A DNA stretch of 32,000 nucleotides, from positions 2,790,001 through 2,822,000 of the forward strand of contig NZ_RSDW01000001.1 in NCBI RefSeq assembly GCF_003945235.1, written 5' to 3'. Shown here piece after piece: positions 19,369 through 27,211 of the stretch; the stretch's first letter is position 1; each line of letters starts with the position of its first letter. This stretch comes from Edaphobacter aggregans (GTDB lineage Bacteria; Acidobacteriota; Terriglobia; Terriglobales; Acidobacteriaceae). Under the pieces are notes generated by a model. It ran no database searches. It was not told the DNA's origin and worked only from the letters and a program-made list of their open reading frames with translations. Position numbers and translations under genes: made by a program.

Positions 19369-20151
19369 ATGTCAGCCGAAATCATCCTCCAGCAAACCCC
19401 GGACACCGCAGCCCTTCTCGACAAGCGCGAGCAACTTGCCACCGTCCGCAACACGCTCGCCGAACGCGAATCCGAGCTTGCCCAAATCCGCGCTCAGCTC
19501 AAGACCTTCGAAGGCCGTTACCTTCGCCAGGTGGGCATCCTCTATGCGGAGCTCGACGATCTCGAAGCGCGCATCGCCGAACGCGAAGTGGCGCTGTATG
19601 ATTCCGACTCCGCCCGGCGCCGAGCCGAGGAAACGCGCCAGCGCGCGCAGGAGACCCACGATGCCGCATTCGGCGAGGCCCGCGAAGCCGAAGAGTTCGA
19701 CCCACCGCCCAGCCTCAAGACCCTCTTCCGCGAGGTTGCTAAGCGCATCCACCCCGACTTTGCGCGCGATGACGCCGAGCAGAAGCACTTCACCTTACTG
19801 ATGGCCCGCGCGAATCAGGCCTACAGCCGCGGCGATACCGAAACTCTGCAGCGTCTGCTTGACGATCACCGCGAGATCGACGCGTCCATCGCTGGTGAAG
19901 GCGCGGCCGCGGAGCTTCTCCGCATCACGCGCCAGATCCAGCACGCTCAGCGCGACATTGCGACCCTCGACGCCGAGCGGCACACACTGCTCGCAAGCGA
20001 ACTCGCCCAACTGCACATCGATGCCGAAGCCGCCGCTCGCGATCACCGCGACCTCCTCACCGAACTCGCCACTAACCTCCGCGAGCAGATCGCCGATGCC
20101 CAGCGCCGCTTCGAGCTCATCGACCGCCAGATCAGCGCGCATGGAAAATAA
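19369..20151 (+). CDS. J-domain-containing coiled-coil protein, 260 aa
   Basis: Central J-like helix pair with an HPD tripeptide (LFREVAKRIHPDFARDDAEQKHFTLLMARANQAYSRGD). It is flanked by long heptad-like Glu/Arg/Leu/Ala-rich segments. Confidence 0.75.
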   Translation: MSAEIILQQTPDTAALLDKREQLATVRNTLAERESELAQIRAQLKTFEGRYLRQVGILYAELDDLEARIAEREVALYDSDSARRRAEETRQRAQETHDAAFGEAREAEEFDPPPSLKTLFREVAKRIHPDFARDDAEQKHFTLLMARANQAYSRGDTETLQRLLDDHREIDASIAGEGAAAELLRITRQIQHAQRDIATLDAERHTLLASELAQLHIDAEAAARDHRDLLTELATNLREQIADAQRRFELIDRQISAHGK

Positions 20152-20153
20152 CG

Positions 20154-20942
20154 ATGGAAGATAAAGCCAAAGGCGGCCTGCAGCACATCCCAACCGGCAC
20201 CGCGCTGTCACTCCATTCCACGCGATCCAGCATCATAGCCCGCGGCCGCCGCGATGCCGCCAACGCAGCTTCCAACCCGCACCACCGGCAGGCCGTCACC
20301 GATTACAACGCCCGTAACTTCACCGAGGCAGCAGCCGGCTTCCGGCTCGCCGCCGAGCAAGGTCACGCCGAGTCGCAGTACCTCCTCAGCACGATGTACG
20401 ACGCCGGTCAGGGTCTGCCGCAAGACGACACGCAGTCTGCCTACTGGGAGCGCAAAGCCGCCGAGCAGGGTCACGCCTACGCGCAGGCCAACCTCAGCTT
20501 TCGCTACTACGGAGCCGACAACTTCCCTGAAGCTTTCGCATGGTGCCAGCGCGCCGCCCACAGTAACCTCGCTTGGGCGCAATACAACCTCGGCCTCATG
20601 TATCGCAAAGGCGAAGGGGTCCCGCAAAGCAACACCGAAGCTGCCCACTGGTATCGCCTCGCCGCCACTCAAAACTTTCCCGAAGCCCAGCAGAAGCTGG
20701 CCGACCTCTACTACACCGGCCAGGGAGTCCCGCTCAGCTACACACACGCCGCCGCCTGGTATCGCAAGGCCGCCGAGCAAGGCAACGCCGAGGCCCAGTT
20801 CCAGCTTGGCCACCTCTACGCCTTTGGCCAGGGCGTAGACCACGACTACACCCAGTCCCGCCACTGGACTCGTCAGGCCGCCCTCCAGGGCCACGAACAA
20901 GCGCTGCGCGAGCTCAAGCGCCGCGAATACCGCGACCCATAA
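20154..20942 (+). CDS. Sel1-repeat (SLR/TPR-like) protein, 262 aa, no signal peptide
   Basis: About six ~36-aa repeats of the form A..W..KAAEQGHA.AQ..LG.MY..G.GV. The ATG lies 2 nt after the stop of the J-domain gene. Confidence 0.85.
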   Translation: MEDKAKGGLQHIPTGTALSLHSTRSSIIARGRRDAANAASNPHHRQAVTDYNARNFTEAAAGFRLAAEQGHAESQYLLSTMYDAGQGLPQDDTQSAYWERKAAEQGHAYAQANLSFRYYGADNFPEAFAWCQRAAHSNLAWAQYNLGLMYRKGEGVPQSNTEAAHWYRLAATQNFPEAQQKLADLYYTGQGVPLSYTHAAAWYRKAAEQGNAEAQFQLGHLYAFGQGVDHDYTQSRHWTRQAALQGHEQALRELKRREYRDP

Positions 20943-20960
20943 TTTGCTTTCAGAAGGTGG

Positions 20961-21104
20961 CTAGTGGAAACGGTAGGCGAACCGTTTGCGGCTCGCGTAA
21001 AGAAGACCCGCTCCCGCAAGACCGGTGCCCAGCAGCAAGAAGGAGAAGGGCTCGGGAGTCGTGGCTGAGGGAGCGACAGTATAGACGCCATTAGCAAAGG
21101 CCAT
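20961..21104 (-). CDS. 47-aa ORF consisting essentially of a PEP-CTERM sorting signal (stand-alone micro-ORF or gene remnant)
   Basis: My own translation of the minus strand gives MAFANGVYTVAPSATTPEPFSFLLLGTGLAGAGLLYASRKRFAYRFH*. This contains PEP, a Gly-rich hydrophobic helix and a basic cluster (RKR), which is the PEP-CTERM architecture. There is no signal peptide and no SD, and it starts 13 nt after a terminator hairpin. It is below the 60-aa cutoff of the ORF track. Confidence 0.4.
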   Translation of the reverse strand: MAFANGVYTVAPSATTPEPFSFLLLGTGLAGAGLLYASRKRFAYRFH

Positions 21105-21116
21105 ACTGAAATGACA

Positions 21117-21144
21117 AAGGGTGAGGCTTTTAGGCCTCACCCTT
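21117..21144. terminator. Bidirectional rho-independent terminator hairpin
   Basis: Perfect 11-bp stem aagggtgaggc (21117-21127) / gcctcaccctt (21134-21144) with a 6-nt loop. It is followed by ttgtcg...tttcgttactttttc on the + strand and tgtcatttc on the - strand. It lies 20 nt downstream of the M28 stop (21165). Confidence 0.7.
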
Positions 21145-21164
21145 TTGTCGTCCCGTTGCTTTCG

Positions 21165-22826
21165 TTACTTTTTCTCAGGCTCCGGGGTTGGGATGCGAGG
21201 CAGCATATCCGGTCGGGTCGCTGCGTTGTAGGCAAACCATGCTTCGATCATGGAACCCTGCATCACATCGTCCTTCTGTACGCGGTCATAGAGGTCCGCG
21301 TTGGAATGGTGAGTACGTGTGCCGTACTCCAGTGTGTCCTGCTGGAAACCAATGCCGTTCAGGCCGATCCACGAGAAGCTGCTCGAGTCCGTGCCACCGG
21401 GTGACGTGGTGGGTCTGAATTGCGCTCCCGAAACAGCCACGATGTGCTGGTCTTTGATGGGCTCAATCCACGACTTGAAGATAACCGCCGTCTGCGGACT
21501 GCCCCCAGCCGATACTCCACGGAACCGACCCGATCCGCCGTCGTCGTTGAAGTACACATCCAGCTTGTCGTACTCCGGAGTCTTCTTCATGGTGTCGCGC
21601 GGAGCAAAGTGCTGCTGCACATACGCGGTTGAACCATAGACGCCTTCCTCTTCGCCGCCCCACAATGCAACGCGAACCGTGCGAGCCATGGGCTTGTGCA
21701 GCGTAGCCAGGATGCGTACGGCCTCCATCGCTACCGACGAGCCCGTGCCGTTGTCGGTCGCGCCAGTGCCGCCCTGCCAGCTGTCGAAGTGACCGCCGAG
21801 CATCACAACCTCATCCGGCTTGGTAGTACCCGGAATCTCACCGATAACGTTGAATGCATTCTGGTCGTCCTTCTGATAGTCGACAGCGATATCGAAGGTC
21901 AGCTTTGGCGTGGTGCCATGCTGCAGTAACCGGACGATGCGGTTGTACTGCTCTGGCGTAATAGCCACCATCGGAGGGGGAACCGGATCCTTGGGATCCT
22001 GCGACCCACCATATGAGGAAAAGATCGTGCCGCCGTCACCGTTGTAACCCGGCGTAAGAACCACAGCCGCACCTTCTTCCTTCATGAAGGCGTTAACCTC
22101 GTTGCGCAGATTGTGGTTCTTTGCCTCTGCCAGGGCAAGCGACGTCGGCGTGTAATCCCATGTGCCTTCTCCGGGTCTGCCGCGACCGCTTGGGTCACGA
22201 TTGGCTGCAGCGGAGCCAGGAGCACCACCACCACGACCGCCGCGCGGAGCGTTGGAGGCCGCACGTGCTTCAATTTCCTCATCCGTCGGGCTTGGCGCGG
22301 CTTCCGCAGTCGTGTGCAGCCTGAGCGGAGCCGGGTCAAACATCAGCACGATCTTGCCCTTGAGCTTGCCATGGTACTTAGCGAAATCTTCTTTCGAGTG
22401 GATCGGCGCCCACACCGCCTCTGCCGTGATCGGGCCGTTGGTCCCAGGCGTCCACGCCAGCGGGAAACCGATCAGCGCAGCGTAAGCCGGAGTCTCCAGC
22501 GCACCGTAAAACTTCTTGATCTGCCACCCATACCCGAAGGGCCACTTTTCCAGGTGGACGTTCTGAAGTCCCCACTCTTTCATTTGCTTCATAGCCCACT
22601 CAGCAGCGGCCCGATGATTGCGGCTATTAGTGACGCGCGGACCGTACACCTCGGACATGTAGTAGAGGTTTTCCATCACTTGCGAGTGCTGATAGGCCTC
22701 GTTCTTGATCTGTGCCAAGGCATCCAGATCAACTTTGTCCCCTGCTTGTTCCTGCGCAGTTGCGGACGAGATAAGCATCAGGGCCGCGACTATAGCGGCA
22801 ACCTGCTTGAAGCGGTGCAGATTCAT
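21165..22826 (-). CDS. Secreted M28-family metallopeptidase (second copy), 553 aa
   Basis: ORF 21165..22994 with ATG at 22826 giving the signal peptide MNLHRFKQVAAIVAALMLISSATAQ. Motifs GGHFDSWQGGTGATDNGTGSSVAMEAVRIL and LWGGEEEGVYGS. The C-terminus is ...PRIPTPEPEKK. Confidence 0.85.
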   Translation of the reverse strand: MNLHRFKQVAAIVAALMLISSATAQEQAGDKVDLDALAQIKNEAYQHSQVMENLYYMSEVYGPRVTNSRNHRAAAEWAMKQMKEWGLQNVHLEKWPFGYGWQIKKFYGALETPAYAALIGFPLAWTPGTNGPITAEAVWAPIHSKEDFAKYHGKLKGKIVLMFDPAPLRLHTTAEAAPSPTDEEIEARAASNAPRGGRGGGAPGSAAANRDPSGRGRPGEGTWDYTPTSLALAEAKNHNLRNEVNAFMKEEGAAVVLTPGYNGDGGTIFSSYGGSQDPKDPVPPPMVAITPEQYNRIVRLLQHGTTPKLTFDIAVDYQKDDQNAFNVIGEIPGTTKPDEVVMLGGHFDSWQGGTGATDNGTGSSVAMEAVRILATLHKPMARTVRVALWGGEEEGVYGSTAYVQQHFAPRDTMKKTPEYDKLDVYFNDDGGSGRFRGVSAGGSPQTAVIFKSWIEPIKDQHIVAVSGAQFRPTTSPGGTDSSSFSWIGLNGIGFQQDTLEYGTRTHHSNADLYDRVQKDDVMQGSMIEAWFAYNAATRPDMLPRIPTPEPEKK

Positions 22827-23103
22827 GGAGCTTCTCACTTTCAAAAAGAAAATCTGGTTAGGGGAATAGGAAATCGGATTAACACAAGCTAGAGAAATGG
22901 TTTGCGAGATCAGCACGACATGCTGTCGCGGGGACTTTCCTAAATTTTGGTAATGGCACAAAGCTATCGAATTCGCGTTCACGACGCAATACAAAGTCGT
23001 TGGCTATCGAAGGCATGCTGCGAATAAGTCCTCTGAAGTCCACGCCTTCTCAGTACTGAAACGGTTTCTGACGGGAAGAACATTTCAAAGGACTCGACCG
23101 CAC

Positions 23104-24384
23104 CTAGGCGGACAAGGTCGCCTTCTCAATCTGCTTCAGCCTTTCCGTCAGCAATTCCTGTTCCCGCAGGTTTTGAGTCATTGCGATGGCGCGTTGGATC
23201 TCCTCACGCGCCTCAGTGAACCTCCCCATCTTCATCAGCAGGTCTCCGCGAACACAGGGGAGCAGATGGTACCCAGCCAACGCAGAGTCGCCGGCGAGCC
23301 CGCCCACTGCATCGAGTGCCTCGAGGCCAGCGGCCGGCCCTTGCGCCATGCCGACGGCGACTGCTCGATTCAGTGCCACGATAGGAGATGGCGTAGTTTG
23401 CATCAGAGCGTCGTAGAGAAGAACGATTCGCTCCCAATCGGTCTCTTCGGCTCTGCGGACTCGTGTGTGACACGCAGCAATCGCAGCCTGCAAAGCATAG
23501 TTACCAGCGCCACCACCCAGCCTTTGTGCGTGTCCGAGCGCGGCCATTCCTCGCTGAATCTGCGCGTAGTCCCACAAAGAGCGATCCTGATCTGGCAGCA
23601 AAACTGCCTCGCCGTTTCGTCCTCTGCGTGCCGCAGTACGCGATGCTTGCAACTCCATCAATGCCAGAAGACCGTGAACTTCAGACTCGCCGGGAAGAAG
23701 TTGCACCAGCATGCGTCCGAGCCGCACCGCCTCGTCGCAGAGTGCAGCCCGCATCCATTCCTCTCCTGATGTCGCGGTATATCCCTCATTAAAGATCAGG
23801 TAGATCACCGAGAGTACGGACTCCACCCTGCGGCGCAACTCGTCTCCGCGCGGCGTCTCAAAAGGAACATGAGCTTCCGAGAGAGTCTTCTTGGCGCGAA
23901 AGATCCGCTGTCCCATGGTCTTCTCAGGCACCAGGAAAGCGCGGGCGATCTCCACGGTAGTGAGCCCGCCGATCAAACGCAACGTAAGCGCGATGCGCCC
24001 GTCCACCGCAAGGACCGGATGGCACGCGGTAAAGATCAGCCGCAGCACATCATCGTCAATAACCTGATCTAGTGCCTGGTCCATAGCATCTGCGAGCTGC
24101 TGCTGTTGAAATTCAAACTCCCGGGTAATCTCTTCGTGCTTTTGTACAAGCATGCGACCACGGCGCAAGAAATCGAGAGCGCGCCTCTTGGCCGCGGTCA
24201 TCAGCCACGCAGCGGGATTATCGGGAATACCTTCCTCGGGCCACACCTCGAGGGCGGTAACGAGAGCGTCCTGGGCTAATTCCTCTGCAATACCGATATC
24301 GCGGGTGACGCGAGCAATAGCGGCGATAAGCCGTGTGGACTCGATCTTCCACACGGCCTCAATCGTCTTGTGAATATCCGTCAT
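23104..24384 (-). CDS. ECF sigma factor with long C-terminal TPR-like extension (ECF42-type), 426 aa
   Basis: N-terminal sigma2/sigma4 regions (LAQDALVTALEVWPEEGIPDNPAAWLMTAAKRRALDFLRR; LTTVEIARAFLVPEKTMGQRIFRAKKTL) plus a ~200-aa helical-repeat C-terminal extension. It sits directly downstream of a YCII/DGPF gene, which is the genomic context I recall for group ECF42. Confidence 0.8.
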   Translation of the reverse strand: MTDIHKTIEAVWKIESTRLIAAIARVTRDIGIAEELAQDALVTALEVWPEEGIPDNPAAWLMTAAKRRALDFLRRGRMLVQKHEEITREFEFQQQQLADAMDQALDQVIDDDVLRLIFTACHPVLAVDGRIALTLRLIGGLTTVEIARAFLVPEKTMGQRIFRAKKTLSEAHVPFETPRGDELRRRVESVLSVIYLIFNEGYTATSGEEWMRAALCDEAVRLGRMLVQLLPGESEVHGLLALMELQASRTAARRGRNGEAVLLPDQDRSLWDYAQIQRGMAALGHAQRLGGGAGNYALQAAIAACHTRVRRAEETDWERIVLLYDALMQTTPSPIVALNRAVAVGMAQGPAAGLEALDAVGGLAGDSALAGYHLLPCVRGDLLMKMGRFTEAREEIQRAIAMTQNLREQELLTERLKQIEKATLSA

Positions 24385-24435
24385 ACCTCGGTGGCTCTTC
24401 CGTTACAACGTCCCGCACTGCGGTGGGGCCGCTCC

Positions 24436-24807
24436 CTACTGCCCAGTGGATTCTTCCGGCGCCGGAAAGAAGAGGAGCTCTCGCACCTCGACCGGGAACC
24501 GACAGGCGACGACGCCTTTGCGCGCCCACGCCACCGCCTGATCCATGTCAGCGCATTCCAATATCCAGAAACCACCTAGGTGCTCCTTGGTCTCAAGATA
24601 AGGCCCGTCGGTGATGAAGACCCCGCCATCGGGCTGCGCTCGCAGCGTCTTCGCCTGCGCTGCGGGCGACACACCGCAAGCAAAGATCCTGACACCGGCA
24701 GCAATCATCTCCCTGTTGAGCGCGTGGATTGTATCTATCATCGCTAAGTCCTCCGGCGTCGGGACGTAGTTGTCGACTTGGTGACCAGAAAGCAAATATT
24801 TCGGCAT
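24436..24807 (-). CDS. YCII-related (DGPF-type) domain protein, 123 aa
   Basis: ATG at 24807 with AGGAG upstream. ITDGPYLETKEHLGGFWILECADMDQAVAWA is the YCII/DGPF core (here DGPY). Confidence 0.85.
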   Translation of the reverse strand: MPKYLLSGHQVDNYVPTPEDLAMIDTIHALNREMIAAGVRIFACGVSPAAQAKTLRAQPDGGVFITDGPYLETKEHLGGFWILECADMDQAVAWARKGVVACRFPVEVRELLFFPAPEESTGQ

Positions 24808-24862
24808 TGTCTTCTCCTGGAATGATCTTCAGGCGGCCCAGTTATCCTGCCTTCACTATAAC

Positions 24863-24889
24863 GACGAACGGCGGCACCGGAATTCGACA
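24863..24889 (-). promoter_or_regulatory. Candidate ECF-type promoter upstream of the YCII-ECF42 pair
   Basis: The minus strand reads TGTCGA (24889..24884), a 17-nt spacer, then CGTC (24866..24863), 56 nt upstream of the YCII ATG. The CGTC -10 is common to ECF promoters. I recall TGTCGA/CGTC as the proposed ECF42 motif but cannot verify that here. Confidence 0.4.
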
Positions 24890-25089
24890 AATCGTCTCAT
24901 AAATTTTAGTTCTTGCCATGCTTTGAGCAGTTCGTAAGAGCATCTTGGAAGGCTAATCGGTAACGATAAATGGAGGGGTTGGCGATGGCGTTGGACCCAC
25001 TGCTCCAGCAGATCGCGCACTCGGGCCGGAATCTTTAGTTCGGTCCGAGCGAAACATAAATAGCACAGGTTAAGAATTGAACCGGCAGA

Positions 25090-26367
25090 TTAATTGAGGC
25101 CAGCAGCCATGGTTTTCACAATGGTGCCGTTGGCGTCGTCGTCCTTGAGAGCCCAGACAAATGCGCCGCCAAGGCCCCCGGGAACGCGCGTGCGGACATA
25201 CCCGGTCTTGAGCAACACCGTGACCGGATCATCGTAGGACCAGAACGTTTGTGTGCTCGGATCATAAAGCCACGCGGCGATTCGACCGTAATCGAAGTGG
25301 CGCGTGTAGCCGGTCAGGCCAGTGAGCGTGAGATAGGTAATCACACCGGGCGTCTGCAGGTAATCGGCCGCAGGAAACGGAGCCGGACCGGTGGAAGTTT
25401 GGTACAGGCCATGGTTGGTGCTGGGAACGCCGGTCCATCCGCGCGCATACGTGGGAATGCCCAGGACGAGCTTTTCTCCGGGCACGCCAGCCTGAAGATA
25501 CGAATGAATCGTGTACTCGATATAAAAATTCTCGGACGAGTCGGGATCCTGCTTATCGTCCAGGAGAGGAGATGCGTGATTGGTGGAGGTCTCCCAGGTG
25601 CCGTGGTAGTCATAGCCCTGCACGTTGAAGAAGTCGAGCTCGCGTGCGACTTCGGCTAGCTGGATGTTGGAGAAATTCTGCTGGCCGGCAGGGCCGAACA
25701 TAGTCAGCAGATAATGCTTATGGTTGGTCTTTCCCAAAGCGTCTAGCTGTTTGCGAAACTCCTGGAGTAGCAGCGTCGCGTTTACCGTGTCAGCGGCCGT
25801 AGGAAATTCCCAATCAATATCGATCCCGTCGAACACTCCCGCTGCAGAAATTCCGGGCGCGAGATTGCCGCTGACGAACAGATCGATGCAGTTGGCGGCC
25901 ATGGCCTGACGGCCCGCAGCGGTACTCGCAGCGGCCGAAAAGCCAGCAGCCCCAGCGAGCGAGATCATAACTTTCAGATTCGGATGCAGCTGCTTGAGCT
26001 GTTGCAGCGCGGCGAAATTCCCATACAGCGGCCCGGTGTACGGCGCTCCGCTAACGCTCGGAAGATACGGACTTTGATAATCAGCCCAGCTATCCGCTAT
26101 GGCGCAGCCGGTCGGCGTTGCGTTGCCGAAGGCGTACGTCAGATGCGTGAGCTTATCTGCAACGCCATTGGTCTGTAAATTCGCAATGTTGTAGCCGGCG
26201 AAATAAATGCTCCATTCTTCGAAGTAGCCGCCGACCACTTTGGATTTACCGTCGTGGCCCGGCTCATTGGCGAGAGTGGGGCGCGCAAGAAAGAAGAGAA
26301 CAAACAAACTGGCGAGGAAGCAGGGGAGAGCGCGGCTCGGAAGACCTTCAACAACACGAGTCGACAT
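25090..26367 (-). CDS. Secreted GH18 chitinase-like glycoside hydrolase, 425 aa
   Basis: Catalytic DxxDxDxE motif FDGIDIDWEFP. Hydrophobic signal region PCFLASLFVLFFLARPTLA. SxGG-like block MISLAGAAG. Confidence 0.88.
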   Translation of the reverse strand: MSTRVVEGLPSRALPCFLASLFVLFFLARPTLANEPGHDGKSKVVGGYFEEWSIYFAGYNIANLQTNGVADKLTHLTYAFGNATPTGCAIADSWADYQSPYLPSVSGAPYTGPLYGNFAALQQLKQLHPNLKVMISLAGAAGFSAAASTAAGRQAMAANCIDLFVSGNLAPGISAAGVFDGIDIDWEFPTAADTVNATLLLQEFRKQLDALGKTNHKHYLLTMFGPAGQQNFSNIQLAEVARELDFFNVQGYDYHGTWETSTNHASPLLDDKQDPDSSENFYIEYTIHSYLQAGVPGEKLVLGIPTYARGWTGVPSTNHGLYQTSTGPAPFPAADYLQTPGVITYLTLTGLTGYTRHFDYGRIAAWLYDPSTQTFWSYDDPVTVLLKTGYVRTRVPGGLGGAFVWALKDDDANGTIVKTMAAGLN

Positions 26368-26405
26368 AAAACCACCTCGATGTAGAGGATGCGAACTAGC
26401 GAAGG

Positions 26406-26434
26406 AATATAAACCTATACAGCGGTCTTGGCAA
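26406..26434 (-). promoter_or_regulatory. Candidate sigma70-type promoter of the GH18 gene
   Basis: The minus strand reads TTGCCA (26434..26429), a 17-nt spacer, then TATATT (26411..26406). This would give a ~30-nt leader containing GAGGTGG before ATG 26367. Pattern match only. Confidence 0.4.
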
Positions 26435-26482
26435 CGAACACTTTTTTACGGAAAAAGTAACGAAGAACTATCCTGTCCACGG

Positions 26483-27022
26483 ATGAGACTGTTCATCGGC
26501 ATCGCCCTCCCACCCTCGCTCAGCCAACTCCTGGCGCAGGCGGCTCACACCTTAATCCCCACCGAAGGACAACAACGCCCGCGCATCACCTGGACCCGAC
26601 CGGAGAACATGCACATCACCCTAAGCTTCCTCGGACAAGTCGACCCCGCACGCCTCGATCACATCCAACGTTCCCTCGCGGCCATCCACGCCCCGAAACT
26701 CCACCTCCAACTCAACGGTTCCGGCTCCTTCCCGAAAGCAGGCATCCTTCACGCGCAGATCAAGCCATCCCCCAGTCTCCTCAACCTCGCGGAGCAAGTC
26801 TTTCAGTCCATGGAAACCTGCGGGTTCCCGAGAGAACGACGCCCCTACACCCCACACATCACCCTTGCCCGCAGCAAAGAACCCATCCGCATACCACCGC
26901 ACAAAGCAGACAACCCCGCCTTCCAGCAATCCTTCACAGCCCACGAACTCCGCCTGTACGAAAGCATCACCAGACCGGAGGGCGCGCACTACGAAGTCAA
27001 AGCAGCCTTTCCGCTTCTTTAA
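26483..27022 (+). CDS. thpR: RNA 2',3'-cyclic phosphodiesterase (2H phosphoesterase, LigT/ThpR), 179 aa
   Basis: Internal ATG at 26483 of ORF 26240..27022. Two HxT/S motifs (HITLSF and HITLAR) at the expected spacing. Confidence 0.85.
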   Translation: MRLFIGIALPPSLSQLLAQAAHTLIPTEGQQRPRITWTRPENMHITLSFLGQVDPARLDHIQRSLAAIHAPKLHLQLNGSGSFPKAGILHAQIKPSPSLLNLAEQVFQSMETCGFPRERRPYTPHITLARSKEPIRIPPHKADNPAFQQSFTAHELRLYESITRPEGAHYEVKAAFPLL

Positions 27023-27211
27023 CATTCACCACAACAAAAATGCATTTTCCACAGAAAAAGTGCCGATTCCCCACCCACTGAAAACCCGCAGTTAACAAAC
27101 CACCCTTTCCACACTTAAAACCACATCCTGACCACAAATAACCACCCGTGAACACCCAAAAAATCGCATATCACCCAACAAAATCAACCCTCTCACCACA
27201 CGCCAAAAAAC

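Noticed and set aside
25020-25049. 9-bp stem (one G-U pair) ctcgggccg/cggtccgag with a 12-nt loop, 41 nt downstream of the GH18 stop, as a possible terminator.
   Set aside because: No U-tract follows on the minus strand and the loop is long. It is too weak to annotate.
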